NCBI GenBank assembly: GCA_041301185.1
Contig: JBFYSV010000182.1
Coordinates: forward strand, 1,328 to 65,327
Source of the DNA: Anaerolineae bacterium
GTDB lineage: Bacteria > Chloroflexota > Anaerolineae > Anaerolineales > UBA4823
Reading direction: 5' to 3'
Length of the DNA: 64,000 nucleotides
The notes beneath the pieces were generated by a model that had not been told where the DNA came from, made no database searches, and saw nothing but the letters and a program-made list of their open reading frames with translations. A program made the position numbers and the translations under genes. Below are positions 24,139 through 33,400 of the stretch, in pieces. Within the stretch, counting starts at the first letter, position 1, and every line of letters begins with the position of its first letter.

Positions 24139-25593
24139 TTGATACAGCAAAATCGAACCTATGATGCCGTCGTGGTCGGCTCCGGGCCGAACGGGCTGGC
24201 TGCTGCCATTACCCTGGCGCAGGCCGGCCTTTCTGTGCTGGTGCTGGAAGCCAACCCGGAGCCTGGGGGCGGCACGCGCACGGCAGAGCTAACTCTACCA
24301 GGTTTTTGGCACGATGTCTGTTCAGCAATCCACCCCCTGGGGCAGGCATCGCCCTTTTTTCGTTCTATTCCATTGGAATCCTACGGGTTGGAGTGGGTGT
24401 ATCCCTTAGCTTCGGTTGCTCATCCCTTGGATGGGGGGCAGGCTGTGTTACTGGAGGACTCGATTGAAGCGACCGTCGAACGCCTGGGACCGGATGCCGA
24501 GGCTTACCGCCGTTTGATCGCACCCCTGGCAGAAAAACTAGATATCCTGTTGGAGGATCTGCTCGGTCCATTGCCGCTCCCCCCAAGGCACCTGAGTGCA
24601 GTGATACCTTTTGGACTCAAAGCCATCCAGCCAGCGCGCGGCTTTGCGCAGCGGCATTTCAAGGGGGAGGCGGCGCAAGCGCTATTTGCCGGGATGGCGG
24701 CGCATGCCATCATGCCGCTCGAGAACCCGATCACCGCCTCTTTTGGCTTGATCATGCTCATGATGGGGCATCGTGGCGGCTGGCCGCTTGCCCGGGGTGG
24801 ATCGCAGCAGATCTCGAAAGCCCTGGTGGACTACCTGCGCTCGTTGGGGGGCGAGGTGGTTACCGGGCAAATGGTCACCTCCCTGGACGAGTTACCTAAA
24901 GCCCGTGCGGTTTTATTGGATACCTCTCCGCAAGGCTTGTTACGCATTGCGGGCGGGCGCTTGCCAGGCGGTTACCGCAAGCAGCTTGAGCGCTACCGCT
25001 ACGGACCAGCCGTGTGCAAGGTGGATTACGCACTGGATGGGCCGATCCCCTGGCAGAATCCGGATTGCGCTCGCGCTGCCACCGTACACCTGGGCGGCAC
25101 ATTAGATGAAATTGCTGCCCTGGAACGGGCCACCTGGCGGGGCGAGCACCCCGAAAGACCTTTTGTAATCCTCGCCCAGCAATCGCTGTTTGATCCGAGC
25201 CGCGCTCCGCAGGGCAAGCACACCGCCTGGGCTTACTGCCATGTGCCCAATGGATCGACGGTGGATATGACTCCCCGCATCGAAGCTCAAATCGAGCGCT
25301 TCGCGCCGGGGTTCCGCCAAAGCATCCTGGCGCGGCATACTCGCCTGGCAGTCGATTGGGAGAGCTATAATCCAAACTATGTGGGGGGAGATATCAACAC
25401 AGGGGTGCAGGATATCTGGCAGTTCTTCACCCGTCCCAGTTGGAGGGTGGTGCCGTATCGCACGCCGGTCAAGGGGCTGTATATCTGCTCGTCAGCCACA
25501 CCACCGGGCGGGGGAGTACATGGCATGTGTGGCTATCATGCCGCCCAGACGGTATTGAAGGATTTGCAGCGAGGTCGGTCGCTAGCCATATAG
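24139..25593 (+). CDS. Phytoene-desaturase-family NAD(P)/FAD-dependent oxidoreductase (CrtI/CrtD-like)
   Basis: 484 aa. The N-terminal dinucleotide fold is YDAVVVGSGPNGLAAAITLAQAG...LEANPEPGGG, and the C-terminal motif is GLYICSSATPPGGGVHG. TTG start. Confidence 0.75.
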   Translation: MIQQNRTYDAVVVGSGPNGLAAAITLAQAGLSVLVLEANPEPGGGTRTAELTLPGFWHDVCSAIHPLGQASPFFRSIPLESYGLEWVYPLASVAHPLDGGQAVLLEDSIEATVERLGPDAEAYRRLIAPLAEKLDILLEDLLGPLPLPPRHLSAVIPFGLKAIQPARGFAQRHFKGEAAQALFAGMAAHAIMPLENPITASFGLIMLMMGHRGGWPLARGGSQQISKALVDYLRSLGGEVVTGQMVTSLDELPKARAVLLDTSPQGLLRIAGGRLPGGYRKQLERYRYGPAVCKVDYALDGPIPWQNPDCARAATVHLGGTLDEIAALERATWRGEHPERPFVILAQQSLFDPSRAPQGKHTAWAYCHVPNGSTVDMTPRIEAQIERFAPGFRQSILARHTRLAVDWESYNPNYVGGDINTGVQDIWQFFTRPSWRVVPYRTPVKGLYICSSATPPGGGVHGMCGYHAAQTVLKDLQRGRSLAI

Positions 25594-25619
25594 TTTTGCG
25601 GGCGAAGAAATTTGCCAGG

Positions 25620-26168
25620 CTAGATATAATGCTGCAGGCACTTCTCGCACAGGATCTCGGTCTTTTCCAAAATAGATTGGCGTAGCTGGATCGTGTTTGG
25701 TGGTGTGCAACCGCATCTGGCGGTAATGCATGGGTCCGAATCAATATCCGCCATCAGGTCATCCACCAGGACCATTGCCCGGATCAGCCCGCTATATTTG
25801 CGAATGACATCTGCCAGCGGAACAAGCACGCTCTGCCAGCGGTGCACGGCTTCAGGAGCCAGCATCCACTTGACCCGTTTGTTTTTGGTATCACGGGTCG
25901 AGGTTAGCCCAAAAGCACGCGCTGGCTGTTTGTACCAGGGTGAAAAACGACCGATAGACTCGACTACCTCCTGTAGCATGACGACCAGCACCGCTTCTGC
26001 TGCCTGGTTGGGACTGGAGAGGTTCACCTGGGAGAACAGGGTTTGCATATCCGGCAGGCAGGCGGTTACATCGTAGGCCTGGCAGATCGCCGTCCAGGCG
26101 CGCTCAATCGTCTCCCAGAGAACTTCCACTGGGTCAATCGTACGGTTGACTGTATCTATTGGAACCAT
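25620..26168 (-). CDS. Hypothetical protein with a C-terminal Cys cluster
   Basis: 182 aa. I recognise no family. The C-terminus reads CITARCGC...CEKC. It lies 80 nt downstream of hdrCB on the same strand. Confidence 0.4.
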   Translation of the reverse strand: MVPIDTVNRTIDPVEVLWETIERAWTAICQAYDVTACLPDMQTLFSQVNLSSPNQAAEAVLVVMLQEVVESIGRFSPWYKQPARAFGLTSTRDTKNKRVKWMLAPEAVHRWQSVLVPLADVIRKYSGLIRAMVLVDDLMADIDSDPCITARCGCTPPNTIQLRQSILEKTEILCEKCLQHYI

Positions 26169-26248
26169 TGGTGCCCTCCCCGAATTGGTGGAGATGGAGG
26201 TGGCAGAATTGGAATGCCAGCCTGGGCAAACTGCCCTGGTCAGGCAGA

Positions 26249-27676
26249 CTACGATGGTCCAATCATCCCTTTATTTTGAAGGAGCGGTCGCGGGTCAACC
26301 ATGTTTTTGTGGAGTGCAGCCGCTTTGGGAGCCAGCCTAAGGGCCAGCGCCATCAGTTGGGTAAAAAATAGTACCGGCATCGGATCGTCCAGCTTCATCT
26401 GGAACTGGCGTGCGTCCAGGTTGGTGTGGCACAACGGGCAAGCAACCACGATCGCTTCGGCACCGGCTTCCCGGGCATGATGGATCAGGCTGCTGCTCAT
26501 CTTGAGCACGATATCCGGTCGGGTGAGCGAGTGTGCCGCACCGCAACAGACGGTCTTGTAGGACCAGTCGAGCACTTCCAATCCTAAGACCTGCATCAGC
26601 TCGTCCAGGTCGGTAGGATTCTCGGGGTGGCTGGCCTCGGTTACCTCGGGTGGGCGGGTCAGCAGGCAGCCGTAATAGCACACCACCCGCAGCCCCTTAA
26701 GCGGCTGTTTTACCTTCTTGGAGAGCTCCTCTGCTCCAATATGGTTCAAGATCGCCTGGCTGAGCGAGCTCACCTCGACTGTATCCTGATAGGTGTAGCC
26801 GGTTTCCTGGTCTGCCCAGTCTTTGCGCTCGGCTTCGTGGCGGATTTCGTGTAAGGCAGCTTTATGGCGGTTGAAGCAAGCCGCGCAGGGCATCGTAACT
26901 TCCTTGAACCCGCTTTGCTCGATCAGCGCCAGGTTTTGCATCGGCAGGCGCAGGGCTGCCTCAGGATCGGCGCGGTGGGCGGCGCTGCTGCCGCAGCAAA
27001 CCCAACCGTGCGGTTCAACCAGTTTTAATCCGATGGACTGGCAAACCGCCTCCGCTGAGGTGTTGAATTCAGGCGAGGTCGCATGCAGCGAGCAACCCGG
27101 GTAGTATGCCAGGGAGCTTTCTGCTTCAGGCAAGGGTTTTGCCCTGCGAGGCGGATGCGATCGGTGAGGCAGGAAAGGCATCTTGTTCTTTTGCACGTAC
27201 TTTAGACCTAAGTCCAGGTCGCTGAACAGATCTCTGTTGCGCAGCTTCATCTCCACCAGCATACCTAGCTCGTACGACCGGCCCCACAGGCGGATTTCAC
27301 GCAGGAAGGCTTCATTGAAAACTTTGACCTGCGGAATCTGCGGCTTGTAGCCGCGTTGGAGCGCTTCGCGGGTCAGAAACTCCATGATGGCGGTGATGTT
27401 TAGATCTTGGGGGCAACGCGTGGCGCAGGTCTGGCAGGAAGCGCACAGCCAGGGTGTCTGCGTCTGCAGGGCGATATCTTCTTGCCCCAGCTGCAATGCG
27501 CGCATGATCTGGTTGGGCTGCCAATCGAAGAAATCTACCATTGGGCAGCCGCTGGTGCACTTCACACACTGGTAGCACAGGTAGACGTTCTCCCCTAATT
27601 CATCTCTCACCCGTTCAGCCAGGCCTGAGCTGATCTTGTAGTTTTTGCTGGTGGCTTGTTCGCTTTCGCTCATCAT
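26249..27676 (-). CDS. Heterodisulfide-reductase HdrC/HdrB-like fusion (2x[4Fe-4S] ferredoxin domain + two CCG domains)
   Basis: It contains CYQCVKCTSGCP and CASCQTCATRCP (HdrC-like), then CCG-domain motifs (YYPGC...VCCG; YYGC...CCGA...CPLC). The start is ATG 27676 or 27673, overlapping the metF stop (ATGATGA). The ORF-track start 27769 would overlap metF by 97 nt. Confidence 0.8.
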   Translation of the reverse strand: MMSESEQATSKNYKISSGLAERVRDELGENVYLCYQCVKCTSGCPMVDFFDWQPNQIMRALQLGQEDIALQTQTPWLCASCQTCATRCPQDLNITAIMEFLTREALQRGYKPQIPQVKVFNEAFLREIRLWGRSYELGMLVEMKLRNRDLFSDLDLGLKYVQKNKMPFLPHRSHPPRRAKPLPEAESSLAYYPGCSLHATSPEFNTSAEAVCQSIGLKLVEPHGWVCCGSSAAHRADPEAALRLPMQNLALIEQSGFKEVTMPCAACFNRHKAALHEIRHEAERKDWADQETGYTYQDTVEVSSLSQAILNHIGAEELSKKVKQPLKGLRVVCYYGCLLTRPPEVTEASHPENPTDLDELMQVLGLEVLDWSYKTVCCGAAHSLTRPDIVLKMSSSLIHHAREAGAEAIVVACPLCHTNLDARQFQMKLDDPMPVLFFTQLMALALRLAPKAAALHKNMVDPRPLLQNKGMIGPS

Positions 27677-28731
27677 GCCTCCTGCGCGGTTGGGACAGGA
27701 CTGGTCTCTACGACCGGGCGGGGATACAATCCTGTGCCCTCTACGATCGGTTTGACCGCTTCCTCCCACTCAATCGCCATAATATGCACCCCGGCAACCC
27801 CTTCGATCTTGCGGAGCTTTTGTATCAGTTGTATGCAAACCTTGATGCCTTCAGCTTGCCAGGCTTCGGAGCGTGCCTTTTTATCTTCTTTGGTCAGCTC
27901 ATCCTTGCTTTTACCCGCCCAGGGCGCCCCAGCCGCTTCCATCTGCTCGATCAGCTCATCTGGCACCAGGATGCCAGGTACGCTCTTCTTCATGTAGCGC
28001 GCCATGCCTGGGCTCTTTAGAGGCCCTACACCCGCCAGGATATACGTCTGCCGGTGCAGACCCAGCTCGAGCACCTTTTCCATGAAGCGGGCGAAAGCTG
28101 GTATATCATAGACCAGCTGGGTCTGGATAAAATTCGCCCCCGCCTTGACCTTTTTCGCCAGGCGATACGGGCGAAAATCCACCGGATCTGCGAAGGGTGC
28201 CGCAGCCGCGCCAATGAAAAAGCGCGGCTCTGGACCTTTGAATGCCTCACCCGATTGGAAGGTGTGCATGTCGCGCATCTCGGTTACCATTTTCACCAGC
28301 TGGATCGAATCCATGTCAAAGACGTTCTTTGCATCGGGGTGGTTGCCGAATGTCTGGTGATCGCCAGTCAGGCACAGCAGGTTGCGCGCTCCAAGGGCGT
28401 AAGCGCCGAGCAGGTCGCTCTGAATCGCCAGCCGGTTGCGGTCACGGCAGGTCATCTGGATGACAGGCTCCAGACCTTCCTGGATGACAAGGGCTCCCGC
28501 GCCGATGCTGGACATGCGCACGATGGCAGTCTGGTTATCGGTGATATTGACCGCGTCCACATAGCCGCGCAGCAGGGTTGCTTTCTTGCGGATTACGTTA
28601 GCGTCGGCGCTCTGAGGCGGTCCCAGTTCGCCCGTCACGGCAAAATGGCCTGCCCGCAAAACGCGCTCCAGGTTTGAGCCGGACAGGTAGCCGTTGGTGC
28701 GATGTTCTTCGGGGATAGCGAGGCTAGTCAT
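27673..28731 (-). CDS. metF: Methylenetetrahydrofolate reductase, MetF (acetogen type, partner of MetV)
   Basis: 352 aa. Recognisable features are FAVTGELGPP, DAVNITDN, MTCRDRN, LCLTGDH and the FIQTQLVYD family pattern. Confidence 0.85.
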   Translation of the reverse strand: MTSLAIPEEHRTNGYLSGSNLERVLRAGHFAVTGELGPPQSADANVIRKKATLLRGYVDAVNITDNQTAIVRMSSIGAGALVIQEGLEPVIQMTCRDRNRLAIQSDLLGAYALGARNLLCLTGDHQTFGNHPDAKNVFDMDSIQLVKMVTEMRDMHTFQSGEAFKGPEPRFFIGAAAAPFADPVDFRPYRLAKKVKAGANFIQTQLVYDIPAFARFMEKVLELGLHRQTYILAGVGPLKSPGMARYMKKSVPGILVPDELIEQMEAAGAPWAGKSKDELTKEDKKARSEAWQAEGIKVCIQLIQKLRKIEGVAGVHIMAIEWEEAVKPIVEGTGLYPRPVVETSPVPTAQEA

Positions 28732-28733
28732 GC

Positions 28734-29417
28734 TTATTCCTCCTCTGGCGCCAGCCTGAGGTCTTTGCGCACAATTTTGCGCGGGCCGCCATCTCGAGAT
28801 GTACGCCAGTTTTTGGGCGGCTGAATTTCGTATAACAAGTGAAGCTTGCCCATGCTGCTCATCCGGTCGTAGATCAGCTGCCAGGCGCAGTCGATCTCGG
28901 GGTTGATCTCGCAGTGACCATCCTCAGATCCGCCGCATGGACCGTTGAGCAGCGATTTTGAGCAGCGAGCGATCGGGCAGATCCCACCAGTTAACCCCAG
29001 GATGCAATCTCCACAGGCAGCGCAACGCTCAACCCACACGCCTTGTTCTGAGGGCAGCCCCAGGAAGGTGGTATTCAAGCCAGGGACCACCCATGTCTTG
29101 GGGAAGTGCTCTGCGATAGCCTGCACGCCAATCCCGCAGCCCAATGAGAGCACGATGTCCGCCTGCTGCACCTCTTCCGCAATCTGGTCCAGGTACTCCC
29201 ACTCGCATTGGCGCTGAACGGTCACGTCAGTAACCTGCTTTCCATTTCCATCCAGTTTGCTTGCCATGCGCAGGGATGCGGCAACAATCGCGGCTTCGCG
29301 CGATCCACCCGCAAAGCAAACGGTGACGCAGGTGCCGCAGCCAACCACCAGCACCTTGTTGGCGTCACCAATCAGTGTTTTAAGCTCGGCCAGGGGTTTT
29401 TGTTCGGCGGTGATCAT
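28734..29417 (-). CDS. metV: MetV-like subunit (methylene-THF reductase C-terminal/zinc-ribbon-like Fe-S domain protein)
   Basis: 227 aa. It contains VLVVGCGTCVTVCFAGG, then ERCAACGDCILGLTGGICPIARCSKSLLNGPCGGS..GHCE, the Cys pattern of the MTHFR_C domain found next to metF in acetogens. Confidence 0.75.
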   Translation of the reverse strand: MITAEQKPLAELKTLIGDANKVLVVGCGTCVTVCFAGGSREAAIVAASLRMASKLDGNGKQVTDVTVQRQCEWEYLDQIAEEVQQADIVLSLGCGIGVQAIAEHFPKTWVVPGLNTTFLGLPSEQGVWVERCAACGDCILGLTGGICPIARCSKSLLNGPCGGSEDGHCEINPEIDCAWQLIYDRMSSMGKLHLLYEIQPPKNWRTSRDGGPRKIVRKDLRLAPEEE

Positions 29418-29442
29418 GGGTTATACCTCCAGATAATACCGG

Positions 29443-30009
29443 TTAGAATTCATCGGTTTTGGGACGCAGTTTCAGGAATAGCACAGCCACATCGCGTGTA
29501 TCCCCGTCGGTTAACATAAAATAATCTTCATAAGTGGTGATTCTCTCAAATCCCAGTTTTTGAAAGGCTTTGATCACTTTCGACTGGTCGGCAACAACCT
29601 CTGCGACCAAAAGGTGCAGTCCGGAGCGGCGGGCAAGATCGATCAGCTTGTTCAACATGCGGGTGCCCAGGCCGCGCTGGCGGAAGCCTTTAGCCAGGAA
29701 AATCCGCACTTCGCCAATATGGCGTTTGGGTCCACGCCGGAAGTGCAGCGTGGCTTGCCCGACCACCTGATCCTTGACGATGGCAAGTAAGGGCAGCACA
29801 CGGCTATAATCCAGGGTTTTGCACCAGGCTTCGATAACTGCAGGATCGCGCACGTTATCTCGCAAGAAACGAAAGTCCTCATCGCTGACCGGGGAGAATA
29901 ACCCGATTAACCCCTGCAGGTCATCGGATGTCATCGGGCGCAGCAATACGCTGACGCCGTCTTTCAAAGTGACCATATCGCGGTATTTCTTTATTTGTTC
30001 GGGTAACAT
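29443..30009 (-). CDS. GNAT-family N-acetyltransferase
   Basis: 188 aa. The acetyl-CoA binding motif is FRQRGLGTRMLNKLIDLAR (Q/RxxGxG/A). It is embedded between mvhD and metV. Confidence 0.75.
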   Translation of the reverse strand: MLPEQIKKYRDMVTLKDGVSVLLRPMTSDDLQGLIGLFSPVSDEDFRFLRDNVRDPAVIEAWCKTLDYSRVLPLLAIVKDQVVGQATLHFRRGPKRHIGEVRIFLAKGFRQRGLGTRMLNKLIDLARRSGLHLLVAEVVADQSKVIKAFQKLGFERITTYEDYFMLTDGDTRDVAVLFLKLRPKTDEF

Positions 30010-30019
30010 GATGTTTTCG

Positions 30020-30487
30020 CTATGCTTCCTTTCCTTCTCGAGACTCTTGCCTTTTAAGAGGATTGGGACCCAGTTTCGATATGAGGTCGGTTATCTCGCT
30101 GGCGGAGTTGACAAACTCCCCGGCCATCGCAGCGGAAAGATTTACCATCTGGAGGCGCTGACCTTCCAGACCGATTATCTCCAGTAGTTCTTTTGCATAT
30201 TCCACTCGCCTGCGGGCGTTGAGATTACCTTCCAGGTAATGACAGTCGCCCTCCAGTCAACCTGCCACCATCACCCCGTCGGCACCATCCTCAAAGGCAC
30301 GCAGGACATATAATACATCTAATTTCCCGGAGCAGGGCAACTCGATGATCTTGATGGATGGCGGATATTCCAGGCGCATCGAGCCAGCCAGGTCTGCGGC
30401 TGCGTAGGCACAATAGTGACAGCAGAATGCGACGATCTCAGGGCTGAAATTTTCGGGCGAGCTGTTGGGTGGCGTTTCATCCGTCAT
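30020..30487 (-). CDS. mvhD: MvhD-like (methyl-viologen-reducing hydrogenase delta subunit family) protein with an in-frame TGA at a conserved Cys: candidate selenoprotein (155 aa, U77)
   Basis: ORF-track pieces 30257-30487 and 30020-30205 are in the same frame, separated only by TGA at 30259-30257. The read-through gives ...FEDGADGVMVAG-U-LEGDCHYLEGNLNARRRVEYAKELLEIIGLEGQRL... This aligns residue for residue with paralog 35273-35779: ...FEQGADGVYVIA-C-PIGNCHHVRGNERGQARLARAKEILDEIGLGGERL... Confidence 0.65.
30214..30251 (-). promoter_or_regulatory. Candidate bacterial SECIS hairpin downstream of the in-frame UGA
   Basis: The mRNA reads UGA-CUGGA-GGGCG-ACUGUC-AUUACC-UGGAA-GGUAAU-CUCAA-CGCCC. 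It has a lower stem GGGCG/CGCCC, an internal loop, an upper stem AUUACC/GGUAAU and a 5-nt apical loop about 23-27 nt after the UGA. It was folded by eye only. Confidence 0.4.
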
Positions 30488-30495
30488 AGTTATCG

Positions 30496-33400
30496 TTACT
30501 CCGCAACACCAAGGATCAGGCTCTCCACGGGAATGAAACCCGAAGAGCGGGCTTCGATTTCAAACAGCGAATCCAGCTTGTTCAGCATCTGGACATCGGT
30601 ATAGTGCATCAGCTGGATAGCCTGCGCGGGACATTCTGAAACGCAGCTTCCGCATCCGTGGCAAACTGCCGGCTCGATGAAGGCAGCACCCACAATTTTC
30701 CCCACGCCAGTAGCCTCAGAGCTAATCCGGGGTACATTGTAGGGACAGATCCGGACGCAAGTCAGGCAGCCCACGCACTTCTGTGGATCAACCTGCGCCA
30801 CGCGGGCATTGGTCAGCATGGTCTTTTGGGATAATACAGTGGCAGCGCGGGAGGCGGCTGCCAGCGCTTGGGCAATGCTTTCGTCCAAGAATTTTGGATA
30901 GTGAGCCATGCCAGCCATAAAGACGCCATCTGCGGCAAAATCTACCGGGCGCAGTTTCACATGGGCTTCCAGGAAGAAGCTGTCCAGATCGACCGAGAGT
31001 TTGAGCTTGCTGGCAAGCTGGTGCGTACCTTCTGGCGGGATGATGGGCGTACTCAAGACCAGCAGGTCGGGCTGGATGGTGATCTCCCGGGAGAGGACTG
31101 GCTCCCAAACACGTACCGTAATCTCAGAACCGGGCTGCAAGACCGGCCTCTTTGGCGATACCCTGTTGCTCGGGGCGAGTTCCACCTGTGGCTTGCGACT
31201 GAACTCATACTGGATAAACCTTACTCCCGCACGGCGGGCTGCGGTGTAGAGCCTTTCTTTGAAACCATAAGTGCGAATATCACGATAGAGAATGGTGATT
31301 TCCGCCTGGGGGTTAATCTCCTTCAGCTTCAGGGCATTCTTTAGCGCTGTGGTGCAGCACAACCGGCTGCAGAAGTTCTCGGCTGGTCCCACGCATTGAA
31401 TCATGACAACAGATTGCGGGGCATCTACCTCCAATCCAGGGTTGGCGAGTAGTTGCTCGAACTCCAGCTGGGTCAAGATGCGCGGGTCTTGTCCGTAGCA
31501 ATATTCTTGCCCTTTGTACTCCACCCCGCCTGTGGCGATGATGGTCACACCGTGCTGCACTTGGAGAGAACGAACCCCATTGCTGAGCGTGGAGGTGAAG
31601 TTGCCCATGAAGCCGTGGGTCTCAACCAGCTCGCTATCCAGGTGGACGGTGATCAAGGGGTGCTCCACGACTTTGCGGGTGATCTGAGCCAGATATTCTC
31701 GAGGCGAAAGCTCTTGACCACCGTTACTCCCTGGCAGGAAGTACCTCAGGTGACGCAAATTTCCACCTAAGCAGGCCTCTCGTTCAACCATGTGGACTGG
31801 GAATCCCTGGTCAGCCAGCGCCAGGGCGGCGTTCATCCCCGCCGCGCCTCCCCCCACGATGAGCGCGGCGTTATTAACCGCCACCTGACTGATTGCAAGT
31901 GGTTCAAGCCTGGCAGCCTTACCTACGGCCATGCGAACCAGCGCTTTCGCCTTGATTGTGGCTGCTTCCCAGTCGCTCGAATGCACCCAGGAGCACTGGT
32001 TGCGGATATTCGCCATCTCGAACAGGTGCGGGTTGAGACCCGCCTGGCGGATGGCATCCTGGAAAAGCGGCTCATGAGTGACCGGCGTGCAAGACGCTAC
32101 CACCACCCTGTTTAGCTGCAATGCTTTGACTTGCTCGATGATGTGGACAATCGTATCCTGGGAGCAGGTGTACAGGTTGTTTTCGGCGTGCACCACACCG
32201 GGCAGCATCCGAGCATACTCGGCGACGTCGGGCACATCCAGGTACCCGCCGATATTGCTGCCGCAATGGCAGACGAAGACCCCGATGCGCGTTTCCTCAG
32301 CAGAAATATCTCTTTCAGGAGGATACTCCTGGGTCCTTGCCAGGCTATGGCGGGCAGGGGCGAGAATCCGGGCCGCGCTGGCGGCAGCTCCACTGGCTTC
32401 AATCACCGTCTCGGGGATGTCCTTCGGTTCTCGGAACGGACCAGCAACGTAGATGCCCGGGCGGCTGGTCTGCAAGGGATCGAACAGAGTCGTGTGGCAA
32501 AAGCCGTAGTCATCCAGCTCGACTCCCAGGCTGCGCCCAAGCTGTTTTACACGCGGGGAAATTTCCATACCGACCGACAGCACCACCAGGTCGAACTCCG
32601 CCTGCACCGGCTCGCTTGCCCCGGCATACGGGGCGAAGTAGCGCACGACGAGGTTGCCGGTTTGCGGGTCTTCTTTCACATCGCTGAGCCGGCAGCGGGT
32701 GTACTGGATGCCGTATTTCTGCTCCGCCCTGCGGTAGTATTCTTCATAGCCTTTACTGAAAGCACGCGTATCCATGAAGAATACCTGACAGGTTACCTCG
32801 CCGTGACCGTTGCCTGTGTGAGCATGGGCGCGGGCATGCTCAATGGTCATGATCGCTTCTTTGGCCGCGTACATGCAGCACACTGAGGAACAATAATCGT
32901 GGCTTTGGTCCCGGCTGCCAACGCATTGCAAGAAGGCGATCCGTTTTGGGGCAGCACCGTCCGATGGGCGCTGGACCCACCCGCGGGTGGGTCCGCTGGC
33001 GGACAGCATCCGCTCATATTGCAGAGATGTGACCACATTCGGGTAGCGCCCCAGACCATACTCTTCAGAGAGATGGGCGTTATAAACCTCGTAACCAGGC
33101 GCCAGGATGACGGCCCCCACCGGTACCGATTCGGTCTCGCCGATCATGTTGTGATCGATGGCGTTCACTCCGCAGGCAAAAACGCAGCTCATGCATTCCG
33201 AGCAAACTCCGCAAGCCAGGCAGCGGGCAGCCTCTGCCTGGGCGCTGGCATCGTCATAGCCGCCTTCGACTTCGTGGAAATTATCCCGGCGCTGTTCCAC
33301 CGCCAGCTCGGGCATGGGTACCCGTCGCTGTAAATGGATCTCGCCGCGCCCGCGCCGCTCGTCGATCTCGGACTGGGACAGGCGAACCACGGGCAGCTCC

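Noticed and set aside
30257-30259. TGA in mvhD interpreted as a simple inactivating nonsense mutation (pseudogene)
   Set aside because: This is not fully excluded. It is disfavoured because the codon aligns exactly with a conserved Cys, the downstream 78 codons stay in frame and conserved, and a hairpin sits at SECIS distance. It is kept as a candidate Sec site pending a search for sel genes.
32131-32886. 251-aa and other 100-200-aa ORFs antisense or out of frame within hdrA, fdhA and nuoF-like genes (for example 39537-40139, 40197-40814, 33670-34035)
   Set aside because: They are embedded in long genes with clear Fe-S and flavin motifs. Their composition and lack of starts or RBS indicate high-GC artefacts.
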